64,000 bases of DNA from Alphaproteobacteria bacterium (GCA_965205265.1 CBDBGH010000003.1:3840001-3904000); one strand, 5' to 3'. Shown: positions 29,253 to 39,611, numbered from the stretch's first letter. The notes: a model not told the origin generated them from the sequence alone. A program made the numbers and translations.

Positions 29253-29824
29253 GGCTCGGTATCGTCTCGGACCTGCACTGCAATATCGCAGGCCTCGAAA
29301 AGGCCGTCGCCCTCATGGGCCCGGTGGACGACCTGCTCTGCCTCGGCGATTCCATCTACGAATACCGCTTCTCCAACGAGGTCGCCGCGTTCCTGCGCGA
29401 CCGGGGCGCGAAGACGATTCTCGGCAATCACGAGGAAGTGTTCTTCGGCGCCGGCGGCGTGCGTGCCCGGCAGGCGGAATGGATCGACCCGGGCCTCATG
29501 GCGTGGCTCGGCAGCCAGCCGCGCACAAGGCGGCTCGACTATGGCGGCAAGACGCTGCTGATGGTCCATTCGACCGCCTGGGAGCCTTACGGCGCCTATG
29601 TCTATCCGCACAGCCGGGAGTTCCGCCGTTTCGGCGAGGCGGATGCGCGCTTCGTGCTCTACGGCCACACCCACATGCAGGTGGCCGCGCGCGTGGGCGA
29701 GGTGCTGGTCGTCAATCCGGGCTCGGCCGGGGATGCCCGCGACCACGCCAACGGCCGGCGCCTCAGCTTCGCCGTGCTCGATACCGAGACCGAAACCGCG
29801 GCGTTCACAGACTTCATCGTCTAG
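29249..29824 (+). CDS. Calcineurin-like metallophosphoesterase (YfcE family)
   Basis: SDLH, LGD, GNHE, GHTH, NPGS. Confidence 0.9.
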   Translation: MRLGIVSDLHCNIAGLEKAVALMGPVDDLLCLGDSIYEYRFSNEVAAFLRDRGAKTILGNHEEVFFGAGGVRARQAEWIDPGLMAWLGSQPRTRRLDYGGKTLLMVHSTAWEPYGAYVYPHSREFRRFGEADARFVLYGHTHMQVAARVGEVLVVNPGSAGDARDHANGRRLSFAVLDTETETAAFTDFIV

Positions 29825-29964
29825 CCCGCCTTGCTTGACAGCGCGGAACCGCAGGGGACAAGGTCCCGCCTACATCGCGGTTGCGCGCCTGCCGCCGCTC
29901 GCCCCTCTCTTCGCCGGTTTCGATGCGGCGGCGTCTTGCGGGAGGAATCCGGGCTGGGTCACCG

Positions 29965-31401
29965 ATGACATCGACGATCTCGCTGCCGGTCTGGTTGTTC
30001 GCCGTCATCGTTGCGCTCGCGGTGCTGGCGGTTGTGGACGACGTGTTCATGCCCGGCCTGCGCTGGTATCTGCGCCGCCGGGTCAACCGCGCCATCGCCG
30101 AGGTGAACGCCCGCTTCGGGCTGGAGCTGCCGACCTTCCAGCTGACCACCCGCCGGGTGCTGATCGACCGGCTCGTCTTCGACCCCGAGGTCATGAAGAC
30201 CGTGGGCGCGGTCGCCGCCGAGCGCGGCGAGGAGCGCGAGAGCCTGATGGCGGAGGTCTCCTCGATCGCCCGCGAGATGGTGCCGGCCTTCAACGCCTAT
30301 TTCTATTTCAAGCCGGGCTTCCACTGCGCCCGCCGGCTGCTGCGCGGCTTCTACAGGGTCCGGCTGGGTTTTGCGCATGAGCGCGCCGCGGCGCGGGCGC
30401 CGCCGGACACCGCCGTCGTCTTCTTCATCAACCACCGCAGCAATGTCGATTACCTGCTGGTGACCTATCTCGCGGCGCGCTCCGTCGCGCTGTCCTACGG
30501 CGCCGGCGAATGGGCGCGCGTCTGGCCGATCCGCAGCCTGCTCAGGCTTGCCGGCGTCTATATCCTGCGCCGCGATTCGGGCGATCCGCTCTACCGCAAG
30601 GTGCTGGAGCGCTATGTGCAGATGGCCACCGAAGCCTGCGTGCCCCACGCCATCTTCGCCGAGGGGAGGCTCTCCCGCGACGGCATGATCCGCCAGCCGA
30701 GGCTCGGCATGCTGGGCTACATCACCAAGAATTTCGACCCGGCCGGCGCCTATGACATCGAGTTCATTCCCGTCGCGACCAATTTCGACCGCGTGATGGA
30801 GGAGCGCACGCTCGTCGCCGATCCCGACGCCGATTTCAGGGGCCGCGGCGGCCGGTTCGTGTTCGGCTCGACGGCCCGCTTCCTCGCCCGCATGGCCTGG
30901 CGGAAACTCCAGGGCCGGTTTGCCGGTTTCGGGGTCGCCTGCGCCAATTTCGGCGAGCCGGTCTCGCTGAGGGAGTGGGCGGGCGAACGGGGGCTGAACT
31001 TCTCCGAGCTCGACCGGGAATCGCTGTTCGCCGCGGTCGAGGAGCTGGGCGAGGAGCTCACGCGCCGCATCGTCGATGTCGTGCCGGTGCTCGCCGTGCC
31101 GCTGGTCTCGACGGTGCTGGTCGAGGCCGACGGGCCGCTGGATGGCGAAGCGATAAAACGCCGCGCCCTCGAATGGCTCGATGAAGCCCGGGCGCTCGGT
31201 GCCCATATCGCGCTCAGGGACGGCGGCGAGGCCGCCGACATCGAAAGGGCGGTGCAGGCCTTGCGCAAGCGGCGGCTGATAGCGGAACGGGAGGGCGGCT
31301 TCGCGCCGGAGGACCGCCAGCGCCCGCTGCTCGCCTACTACGCCGCCTCGATCCAGCAGCTTCGCACGCATCTCGAGCAGAAACGGGCCCGCCCTGAATA
31401 G
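29965..31401 (+). CDS. Glycerol-3-phosphate/lysophospholipid acyltransferase (PlsB/PlsC-like)
   Basis: NHRSNVD (HX4D) and FAEGRLSRDG motifs; N-terminal TM. Confidence 0.85.
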   Translation: MTSTISLPVWLFAVIVALAVLAVVDDVFMPGLRWYLRRRVNRAIAEVNARFGLELPTFQLTTRRVLIDRLVFDPEVMKTVGAVAAERGEERESLMAEVSSIAREMVPAFNAYFYFKPGFHCARRLLRGFYRVRLGFAHERAAARAPPDTAVVFFINHRSNVDYLLVTYLAARSVALSYGAGEWARVWPIRSLLRLAGVYILRRDSGDPLYRKVLERYVQMATEACVPHAIFAEGRLSRDGMIRQPRLGMLGYITKNFDPAGAYDIEFIPVATNFDRVMEERTLVADPDADFRGRGGRFVFGSTARFLARMAWRKLQGRFAGFGVACANFGEPVSLREWAGERGLNFSELDRESLFAAVEELGEELTRRIVDVVPVLAVPLVSTVLVEADGPLDGEAIKRRALEWLDEARALGAHIALRDGGEAADIERAVQALRKRRLIAEREGGFAPEDRQRPLLAYYAASIQQLRTHLEQKRARPE

Positions 31402-31423
31402 CCCTGCACATCGCGGCCTTCCG

Positions 31424-32791
31424 GTGCCGGAACTGATGATCGCCTGCCTCCGCTCGCCGCTGGGCGGGCTGGTCGCGCGGCCCTGGTTCGACCGTGCGGC
31501 GCTTGCGCTGCTGTCCGGCTGGTTCTTCCCGCTTTCGCGGCTCTGGGCGGCGGCGCGGACGGCGGAAGGCTCGGTCGAGCGCTACCGCGCCGAGCTTCCC
31601 GCCCCGCTCTCCCCGCGCCTGGAGCGCGCGCTGGTTGGCCGGCTCGTACGGTTCGAGCGGGCGCGGGCGCGGGCGCGGGCGAGCGACCGCGCCTGGAAGG
31701 ACGCCTTTTTCGGCCCCGCCGCCCCGGCCCCGGAGGCGCTGACGGCGGCGGAGCGGAGGCGGCTCGCCGACCGCCACGCCTACAATGCGCTGCGCCGGCT
31801 CTTCGCGCCCTTCGCCGCACAGGGCAGGGGCGCGCCCTTCCGCTGGCGCATTCCGGCCCCCGCGGAGGTGGAGGCGCTCTATGGCGGCGTGCTGGACGAG
31901 CCTGCGCGCGCCTTCGCCGTCCCGGACCCCATGCCGCCCGTCCGGGTCTCGCACCCCTTCCCGGCCGCGCCCGGCAGGCGCGACTACTGGCTGCGCTTCC
32001 CCTCGCCCTCGGCCCGCATGGCGGACGACGTCACCGCCCGGGTGTACGAGCCCGCCGGGGCCGCCGACCCGCCGACCCTGATTTTCGGCCACGGCATCGG
32101 CGTCGAGTTCGACCATTGGCGGGGCGTGGCGGACGAGGTCGAGGCCCTGGTCGCGATGGGCGTGAGGGTGGTGCGCCCGGAAGCGCCCTGGCACGGCCGC
32201 CGCGCGCCGCCCGGCCGCTATGGCGGCGAGCAGTTCGTCGCGACGGCGCCCTGCGGGGCGTTCGACCATTTCACCGCCGCCGCGCGGGAATGGGCGGTGC
32301 TGATCGACTGGTGCCGGCAGGCGGGCCGGGGACCGGTCGCCATCGGCGGCAGCAGCCTGGGCGCGATGACGGCGCAGATCGTCTCCGACCGCGCGCGCCT
32401 CTGGCCGGAGCGGCTGCGGCCCGACGCGATGTTCCTGGTGACCCATTGCGGGCGCATCGAGGAGGCCATGCAGGGCAGGCTCGCGCGCGCCTGGGGCATC
32501 GCGGAGGCCACGATGGCCGGGGGATGGACGCCGGAGAGGGCGCGCCGCTTCACGCCGCTGCTCGACCCGGTGGACGGGACGGCGGTCGCGCCGGAGAACA
32601 TCGTGACCGTGCTCGGCGCCTATGACAGTGTCACGCCCTATGCCGGCGCGCGGGCGCTGATCGACCGCTGGGGCGTGCCGGCGCAGAACCGTTTCATCTG
32701 GCGCCGGGGGCATTTCAGCGTGCCGCTCACCATGCTGCGCAACCCCGCCCCGCTCGCCCGCTTCCGTGAGGTCATGGCCCGCCTCGCCTGA
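31424..32791 (+). CDS. Alpha/beta hydrolase family protein
   Basis: HG oxyanion motif, PWHGRR, GSSLG nucleophile elbow, DSV, GHFS. Confidence 0.75.
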   Translation: MPELMIACLRSPLGGLVARPWFDRAALALLSGWFFPLSRLWAAARTAEGSVERYRAELPAPLSPRLERALVGRLVRFERARARARASDRAWKDAFFGPAAPAPEALTAAERRRLADRHAYNALRRLFAPFAAQGRGAPFRWRIPAPAEVEALYGGVLDEPARAFAVPDPMPPVRVSHPFPAAPGRRDYWLRFPSPSARMADDVTARVYEPAGAADPPTLIFGHGIGVEFDHWRGVADEVEALVAMGVRVVRPEAPWHGRRAPPGRYGGEQFVATAPCGAFDHFTAAAREWAVLIDWCRQAGRGPVAIGGSSLGAMTAQIVSDRARLWPERLRPDAMFLVTHCGRIEEAMQGRLARAWGIAEATMAGGWTPERARRFTPLLDPVDGTAVAPENIVTVLGAYDSVTPYAGARALIDRWGVPAQNRFIWRRGHFSVPLTMLRNPAPLARFREVMARLA

Positions 32792-32873
32792 GCGGCGCCC
32801 CTGCATTGCGGGCCGGCGGGGGAGGCGCTAAACAACCGGCGGAACGAACGCCTTTGGCAGGAGAGGGAAGACG

Positions 32874-33545
32874 ATGGGCGAGTGGATCGAGATTGCGGCG
32901 GGCGGCGGCTTCAAGATGGACTGCTACACGGCCGCGCCGGCAGGCGCGCCGAAGGGCGGCATGCTGGTCATCCAGGAGATTTTCGGCGTCAACCAGCATA
33001 TCCGCGAGGTGGCGGACGGCTATGCGGCCGACGGCTATCTCGCCTGGGCGCCCTCGCTCTACGACCGGGCCGAGCGGCGCTTCGAATGCGGCTACACGCC
33101 GGAGGACATCGCGAAGGCGCGCGACATCATGGTCGCCTCGCCCTTCGACACGGCGGTCGGGGACATGGCTGCGGCGGTCGAGGGGCTCCGGGCCACGGGC
33201 GCGGGAAAGATCGGCTCGGTCGGCTATTGCTGGGGCGGGTCCTCCTCCTTCCTGGTCGCGACCCGCATCGGGGTGGATGCCAGCGTCTGCTACTATGGCG
33301 GGCAGATCGTCCGCTTCAAGGACGAGGCAGCGAAGAACCCCGTGCTGATGCATTTCGGCGAGCAGGACCACGGCATCCCGATGGACGATGTGGAGGCGAT
33401 CCGCGCCGCCCAGCCCGGGGCGGAGGTGCATATCTACCCCGCCGGCCACGGCTTCAATTGCGACCACCGCGCCGACTTCCACAACGAGTCGGCGACGCTC
33501 GCCCGCACCCGCAGCCTCGCCTTCTTCGCGCAGCATATGGGCTGA
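32874..33545 (+). CDS. Dienelactone hydrolase family protein
   Basis: QEIFGVN, GYCWGG, YYGG, HFGEQD, AGHGFNCD. Confidence 0.93.
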   Translation: MGEWIEIAAGGGFKMDCYTAAPAGAPKGGMLVIQEIFGVNQHIREVADGYAADGYLAWAPSLYDRAERRFECGYTPEDIAKARDIMVASPFDTAVGDMAAAVEGLRATGAGKIGSVGYCWGGSSSFLVATRIGVDASVCYYGGQIVRFKDEAAKNPVLMHFGEQDHGIPMDDVEAIRAAQPGAEVHIYPAGHGFNCDHRADFHNESATLARTRSLAFFAQHMG

Positions 33546-33624
33546 GCGCGCACGGCGGCCGGCCGTGACAGGGGTGCTGCGCGGGGATAGCATGCGCCCC
33601 GCGCAACCGAACGGAGCGGACGGG

Positions 33625-34203
33625 ATGAGCGCGGGCGCGGCCTTGCGCCGGAAGCGGCCGGCAAAGCGGGCGACCTACCGGGACGTACTCGACGCGCCGG
33701 CGCATATGGTGGCGGAGGTGGTCGAAGGCGCGCTGCATCTGCAACCGCGGCCGGCAGGGCGTCATACGCTGGCGGGGTCCTCCCTCGGCGTGGAAATCGG
33801 CGGCCCCTTCCAGAGGGGCCGGGGCGGGCCGGGCGGCTGGTGGATCCTCGACGAGCCGGAGCTTCATTTCGGCGAGGACATCCTGGTGCCGGACCTTGCC
33901 GGCTGGCGCCGCGAGCGGATGGCCGCGGTTCCCGACGACGCCTATTTCACCCTCGCGCCGGACTGGGTTTGCGAAATCCTGTCGCCCTCGACGCGGAAGC
34001 TGGACCTCGAAGGCAAGCGCCCGATCTACGCGCGGGAGGGGATCGCCCATCTCTGGCTCGTCGATCCGTCCGCCCGCACGCTGGAGGCGTTTTCGCTCGC
34101 AGACGGAGACCGGTCGCCGGCGGGTTCGGCCAGCGGGGCGGAGCCGGTGTCGCTGCCGCCCTTCGAGGCCGTTTCCTTCCCCCTCGACGCCCTCTGGCCC
34201 TGA
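33625..34203 (+). CDS. Uma2/DUF820 PD-(D/E)xK endonuclease-like protein
   Basis: ATYRDVLDAP, EPELH, VPDLAGWR, PDWVCEILSPST, WLVDP. Confidence 0.9.
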   Translation: MSAGAALRRKRPAKRATYRDVLDAPAHMVAEVVEGALHLQPRPAGRHTLAGSSLGVEIGGPFQRGRGGPGGWWILDEPELHFGEDILVPDLAGWRRERMAAVPDDAYFTLAPDWVCEILSPSTRKLDLEGKRPIYAREGIAHLWLVDPSARTLEAFSLADGDRSPAGSASGAEPVSLPPFEAVSFPLDALWP

Positions 34204-34229
34204 ACCGGGCGCCGCCGCCCGCAGCGCCG

Positions 34230-35456
34230 ATGCCGCATGTCGCCATGGTCATTCCCTCGTTGGCGGGCGGCGGGGCGGAGCGCACGGCGCTCAGGCTTGC
34301 GGGCGGGCTGGCGGCCAGGGGCCACGAGGTCGATATCGTGCTTTTCCAGCCGCATACCGCCTATCCCGGCGAGGTGCCGGAGGCGGCGCGGCTCCTCGTC
34401 CTGTGCGACCGGCGGACATGGGACCGGCGCAACCCGCAGGAGATGCCGGCGGGCGCGGCGTGGCGGGCGGAGCGGGCGCCGCTCCGGCAGGGTGCGCGGC
34501 TGGCGGCGGGCCTCGTCCGCGACTTCCCCGCCGCCGCGCCGTTGCTGCTCCGCCGCGCCGCGCTCGGCCGTGCGCTTCGCCTCGCCCGCTATGCGGCGCG
34601 CGAGCGGCCCGACATCCTGTTCGCCAACCTGCCCCAGGCGGAGCATGCCGCCTTCTACGCCGCCCGCCTCGCCGGCCCGGCCTTTCCTCCTGTCGTGCCG
34701 GTCGTGCGCAATATCGAGCCGCCCGGCAGCCGGCACACAAGGCGCCGCCGGCTGCTGTTCCCGGCGGCCGCCCATGTCGCGGCGGTCTCGGAGGGCGTGG
34801 CGGCGCATGTCGCGGCGGATGCCGGCGTGGAGGCAGCGCGGCTCTCGGTCATCTACAACCCGGCCGTGACGCCGGGCGCGCTCCGCCGCGCGGCGGAGCC
34901 GCCGGCCCATCCCTGGTTCGGCGACGGCGGCCCGCCCGTGCTGCTGGGCGTCGGCCGGCTCGCGCCGCAGAAGGATTTCCCGACCCTGATCGAGGCCTTC
35001 CGGCGCGTGGCGGCGGCGCGCCCCTGCCGGCTGCTCATCCTGGGCGAAGGCCCGATGCGCCCCGCGCTCGAAGGCCGGCTGCGGGCGCTCGGCCTGGAGG
35101 GGCGGGCGGCCCTGCCCGGCTGGGTGGAGAATCCTTACGCCTGCATGGCCCGCGCGGCGCTGTTCGTGCTTTCCTCGCGCCATGAGGGCTTTCCGGGCGC
35201 GCTGGTGGAGGCGCTGGCCTCGGGCTGTCCGGCGGTCTCGACCGACTGCCCGGCCGGCCCGGCGGAAATCCTGGAGGACCCGGCCCTGCTCGCCCCCGTC
35301 GGCGACGGGCAAGCGCTGGCCCGCGTCATGCTGCGCGCGCTCGCGGCGCCCGTCGACAGGCCGGCGCTGCGCGCGAAGGCGGCGCGCTTCTCGCTGGCGC
35401 GCGCCGTAGAGGGCTATGAGGCGGTCGTGGAGCGGGTGTTGCGGGCGCGGGGATGA
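34230..35456 (+). CDS. Glycosyltransferase family 4
   Basis: GGGAER, IYNP, VGRLAPQK, SRHEGFPGALVEALASG (EX7E). Confidence 0.92.
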   Translation: MPHVAMVIPSLAGGGAERTALRLAGGLAARGHEVDIVLFQPHTAYPGEVPEAARLLVLCDRRTWDRRNPQEMPAGAAWRAERAPLRQGARLAAGLVRDFPAAAPLLLRRAALGRALRLARYAARERPDILFANLPQAEHAAFYAARLAGPAFPPVVPVVRNIEPPGSRHTRRRRLLFPAAAHVAAVSEGVAAHVAADAGVEAARLSVIYNPAVTPGALRRAAEPPAHPWFGDGGPPVLLGVGRLAPQKDFPTLIEAFRRVAAARPCRLLILGEGPMRPALEGRLRALGLEGRAALPGWVENPYACMARAALFVLSSRHEGFPGALVEALASGCPAVSTDCPAGPAEILEDPALLAPVGDGQALARVMLRALAAPVDRPALRAKAARFSLARAVEGYEAVVERVLRARG

Positions 35457-35968
35457 GCCGGTCCGGTCACTCCGCCGGCTCTGCGGCCGGGTCGTTGCGG
35501 CGCATGATGTAGCGCTCCAGCAGATCGAGCTTGCCCCTGATGAAGCCGACCTCGACCCTGAGGGCAACGACCTCCTCCCGCACGGACGCAATCTCGCTTC
35601 CGAGGGAGTCGCGCACGGACGCAATCTCGCTTCCGAGGGAGTCGCGCACGGACGCGATCTCGCCGCGCACGGATGCGATTTCGCCCCTCAGCGTGTCCCG
35701 GACCTCCGCGACCTCGCCGCGCACGGACGCGATATCGGCGCGCAGCAAGCGGAACAGCGCCAGCGTCAGGCCGGCCATCGCCGCAAAGAAGGCGATGAAG
35801 CCGGCGAGAACGGGCCAGACCTGGAGAACGGCTTCCATGACACTCCCGGAGAGAGGACAAGCGACTATCTCCGGCGGACTATACGCCTTCCTTCCGGCTC
35901 CGCAACGGCCGCGCCGCGCGCGGTGGCGGGCTATGAGCCGGTCGTGGAGCGGGTGTTGCGGGCGCGGG
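35411..35968 (+). repeat. Direct repeat of the GT4 3' end (35411-35451 / 35928-35968) flanking the coiled-coil gene
   Basis: gggctatgag(g/c)cggtcgtggagcgggtgttgcgggcgcggg, 40/41 identical. Confidence 0.85.
35467..35838 (-). CDS. Small TM plus coiled-coil protein with 7/11-residue repeats
   Basis: TM helix, EIASVR repeats (21/33-bp units), tail RGKLDLLERYIMRRNDPAAEPAE; GGAG RBS and TATAGT upstream. Confidence 0.8.
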   Translation of the reverse strand: MEAVLQVWPVLAGFIAFFAAMAGLTLALFRLLRADIASVRGEVAEVRDTLRGEIASVRGEIASVRDSLGSEIASVRDSLGSEIASVREEVVALRVEVGFIRGKLDLLERYIMRRNDPAAEPAE

Positions 35969-36000
35969 CGGCGTGAGGCCGGCGGCGGCCTGCCATCGGA

Positions 36001-36681
36001 TCACTGCCAGTCGAGATCGACCCGCGGCCGCTCGATCCGCCTTGCCCGTTCCCGGAGAGCTTCGACGCGAGGCTTGTGACCGGGAATCCTTTTTTCGTGC
36101 GTCTCCGCGAAGATGTGGCCGATGCGGTTCAGGATGCCCGCATTGTCGAACAGCGCTTCGAGCAGATCGACCTCGGCGCCTTCGATATCGATCTTGAGTA
36201 TCCCGATATCCTCATCGAGATCATGCAGATAGCGAATGAAATCGATCTGCCGGACCATCAGGCTCTCCCGTTCGGCGACATTGTTCTTGTCGGCCACGAT
36301 GGAACTCGATTGCGAGTAACGATTGGGGTCCTTGTCGAAACGGGCGTGGCGATAGAGAAGAATTTTGTCATCGCTCGCGCCCGCCGCCGCGTTCTCGATC
36401 CTGACATTGTCGAGATCGGCAACATTGACCCGCAGCGCGGCGCAGGCCCACGGATCGGGTTCGAAGGCGATGATCTTCCCTGCCGCCGCCGCCATCTTTC
36501 TCGTATAGGCACCGACATTGGCGCCCAGGTCTATGCAGGTCATGCCCCTGGACAAGGCAAGCGCATCGGCGAGCCCGCTCGTCCGGCTCTTCAATATATG
36601 ATGCTTGCGCCCATAGTGCCGCCCGAGCACGCCCGGAAACCGGCGCAATACGCCGTATTTCAACCGCTTTCTTTCGTTCAC
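36001..36681 (-). CDS. FkbM-family methyltransferase
   Basis: IDLGANVG, AFEP, LKIDIEGAE, ETH; start uncertain. Confidence 0.85.
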   Translation of the reverse strand: MNERKRLKYGVLRRFPGVLGRHYGRKHHILKSRTSGLADALALSRGMTCIDLGANVGAYTRKMAAAAGKIIAFEPDPWACAALRVNVADLDNVRIENAAAGASDDKILLYRHARFDKDPNRYSQSSSIVADKNNVAERESLMVRQIDFIRYLHDLDEDIGILKIDIEGAEVDLLEALFDNAGILNRIGHIFAETHEKRIPGHKPRVEALRERARRIERPRVDLDWQ

Positions 36682-36830
36682 CCCCGATGCCCCCCTCGCC
36701 GGACATGCAATATTTCCGTCGTTGCGGAATCGACAGTCGGCCAAGGAACCTAAACGCATTCTGCGGGCCGGGGAAAGTACCGGACAACAGCGTTTCGCAC
36801 CGCCGTTCGAAACAGGGGAAGCTCCTGCCT

Positions 36831-37697
36831 TCAGCGGGGCAGGTTTCCGGAGCCGCGCGAGCCATAGGTTAAAATTCGGCCGCGCTCGCGCGTATGAACG
36901 ACAAAGCCGGCATCGCGCAGAAGTGTTTCACAGGCATCGCTCGTCCGGTTGCCTTGCCGTTCTGGACCGGTGTCGATGGCGATGCGCGCCGTCCGTCGGA
37001 GCAATTCCCGCCCGCCTTCGAGCACTTCCGGCTCCGCGCCTTCGGCATCGCATTTGAGGAAAGCCAGCCCGTCGATCCCGTACTCCTCGGCGATCCGGTC
37101 CAGCGTGGTAGCCTGGCGGCGTATCGCGCCTGTCGTGTTTTCGGGCCTGTCTGCACCGAAAATCGAACTGTCCGCCTGCGAGGCGGCGAGGCTGAAGGTC
37201 AGCTCTTCCTCCGCGCTCCAGACCAGCGCGTCGATCACAAACAAGGATTCCCGGCCTTCCAGGTTTCGCTTGAGACAGGCTAGGGCATCCGGGTCGGGCT
37301 CCACCGCATAAACGGTCCGCCCCTCGTTCAATGCCAACAGGGAGAACTCCCCGGTATGCGCACCGACATCGAGAACCGAACCCGTCGGCGGCTTGAGAGC
37401 GCTGAACAGATATTGCTCGTCGAGGCCCCGCAGCCGGCTTGCCAAGCCTCGCTTGTAGCGCCGCCAGCTTGCCGGCGAAACGCGCAGCACCGAACCGTCC
37501 GGGGCTGCAATCCGGCAGTAACCGTCCACTTCCAGCAGTTGCAACGGAACGCGCCGCTGATAGCCCACAGCTGCATAGAACCGGTGCCGCATGAATTTGA
37601 ACCGCTCGGCCGGCGGCAGCCCTCTGGTGTCCTTGCGGCCGGTCATGTATTCCCGCTCACCTTGCGTTCGCCCGACTGGAGAATTGCCTTGGCTCAT
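36831..37697 (-). CDS. FkbM-family methyltransferase
   Basis: LDVGAHTG, AVEP, TTLD, LKCDAEGAEPEVLEG; start uncertain. Confidence 0.85.
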   Translation of the reverse strand: MSQGNSPVGRTQGEREYMTGRKDTRGLPPAERFKFMRHRFYAAVGYQRRVPLQLLEVDGYCRIAAPDGSVLRVSPASWRRYKRGLASRLRGLDEQYLFSALKPPTGSVLDVGAHTGEFSLLALNEGRTVYAVEPDPDALACLKRNLEGRESLFVIDALVWSAEEELTFSLAASQADSSIFGADRPENTTGAIRRQATTLDRIAEEYGIDGLAFLKCDAEGAEPEVLEGGRELLRRTARIAIDTGPERQGNRTSDACETLLRDAGFVVHTRERGRILTYGSRGSGNLPR

Positions 37698-37753
37698 ATC
37701 ACGACGCTTGTCCGGTGTCTTTGTCGTCGGCGCGTGAGTAAGCGATTCGCACA

Positions 37754-38656
37754 ATGAACCCCGTCCGGCTGGTCCCGAGGCGGTTGCTGCCGCGTAATGC
37801 GTGGGGCGACAGGGAATTTTGCCGGCGGCGTTTCGTGCGCAAGCAGGGGCGGCAGCCGAACCCGAGCAAGCCGGAGCGTCTGACGGACTATCTGTACAGG
37901 ATCAAGACGGACGGCTCGCTTCTGGACCCGTTCTGCCAGAACGTAACCGATAAGGAGTTCGTGAAGCTATATGTCGAGAGCACGGTCGGTCCCGGCTATG
38001 CACCCAAGGCTTACAAGGTTCTGAGAAGTGCCCACGACATAAGGGAGTTCGTTCCAGACCACATTCCCTGCGTGCTGAAGCCCACCCATCTGAGTGGACC
38101 GGTCCTCTTCCATACCGACCCTGATGAAGCACTGAACCGCAAGTTGCTTGTCGAATGGCTGCACAAGGAGCGGTACAGCAGCACGAGGGAAGGAAATTAC
38201 CGCCACCTAAAACCGAAGATAATTATCGAAGAATTCGTTTCTGACGATGGTGTATCCGTGCCAAAAGACTACAAGTTATTCTGTTTTCATGGTGCCCCGA
38301 AAATGATCCAAGTCGACTCTGATCGGTTTGGAGATCACACGCGGAACTTCTATGACATCGGTTGGAATAGATTGCCTGTAACCTACCGATACCCGGGTGG
38401 ACCTGTAGACGATAAACCTCCACTGTTAGAAGAAATGATGAGAGTCGCCAGGCGATTAGCTTCTCAGTTTTCCTTCGTTCGTGTTGACCTCTACGCGAGC
38501 CAGACTAGGGTTCTCGTAGGAGAATTGACATTCTGCCCAGAAGGCGCAAATGCTCCGGTATTACCGACCGCCGCCGACATCGAATTCGCAAAGCTTTTCG
38601 ACCCGGATTACCGGCTCGATGCGAGGGCCTGCGCGGCGGCGTGGGCGCAGGACTGA
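37754..38656 (+). CDS. TupA-like ATP-grasp amidoligase
   Basis: TDKEFVK.YV, LKPTHLSG, KIIIEE, DYKLFCFHG, FVRVDLY, GELTF.P. Confidence 0.88.
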   Translation: MNPVRLVPRRLLPRNAWGDREFCRRRFVRKQGRQPNPSKPERLTDYLYRIKTDGSLLDPFCQNVTDKEFVKLYVESTVGPGYAPKAYKVLRSAHDIREFVPDHIPCVLKPTHLSGPVLFHTDPDEALNRKLLVEWLHKERYSSTREGNYRHLKPKIIIEEFVSDDGVSVPKDYKLFCFHGAPKMIQVDSDRFGDHTRNFYDIGWNRLPVTYRYPGGPVDDKPPLLEEMMRVARRLASQFSFVRVDLYASQTRVLVGELTFCPEGANAPVLPTAADIEFAKLFDPDYRLDARACAAAWAQD

Positions 38657-39100
38657 TCTTCCGCGAACGCCAGCCTCGGGCAGCTCTGTTTTGCCCGTCC
38701 GAATCCATGCGCAAAACTTATACGCCCGGCAAGAAAACGGTATTGGACCCAATGCCATGCCTTTGTGACATTGCGCCCGTGCGGTCCTGAACGGGTCCGC
38801 GCCTGGCAGGCGGCAGGGCCGGCGGCGTGGCGGCGGAAACCGGGACGGGGCGCACCGGGGATGCCGAAGCATGGCGGCGGCGCCGCACGGCCCGGACGGT
38901 TTTCGCGCTCGCCGCCGGTCCGGAACCGGCCCGCCGCCCGGCATCCCCCGCCGGTAGCGGTTTCCTCCCCCCGTTGCCCGGCAGCGCAGCCGGCGGGCTC
39001 CCCACCCGCCGGCTGCCTATCTTCGCGCGGGGGCGGAAATAAGAACAATAATGATAATTTTCTGTATTCAGACTTGAAATACCAGCAGGCCGTCGCCAGA

Positions 39101-39590
39101 TTGGGGCCGGTGGAACGGAGGCGGCAGTCCGGATGCCGCCCCGTTTCGCGCCGGCGCGAAAAGACCCCGACCGGGCGGACAGGAGAGGTGCGCCCGGCGC
39201 CCGGCCTGTCGCCCGCGGGCGCAGGCACGGGCAATCAGGCGCGCAAACCGCGCCGCCGCGAAACGCGCGCCCGCGGGCGCGGGCGCCCGCGCGCGTTACG
39301 CGCGAATCAGGGTCCCGCCGCAGGAGGCAACCTGGCGGCGGGGAGGAGGGAACGGAGTGGAACGAAATGCGATGAAGGAACGATGTGCAGCATTCCTCAT
39401 CCGTCACCCCGGCTCGGAGGCCGGGGTAACCCCCGCTTTCGCGAGGGCCGGCGGGGCGCGGAACGCGGCTTGCCGGCGGGAGGGGAGACAGCGGGGCCTT
39501 CCTCATGCCCGAAAGGGTAGGCGCCTATGCGCCGCCCGCATGGAGATCATGACATCGCATGACAGACCATGACAGTTCACGACGCCCCGA
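39101..39590. repeat. Dispersed non-coding element, copy B
   Basis: Homologous to 11142-11412; carries an inserted REP-like segment (about 39400-39460); CATGAC array at 39539-39583. Confidence 0.8.
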
Positions 39591-39611
39591 TGGGGATGCC
39601 GCCTCCACGCA

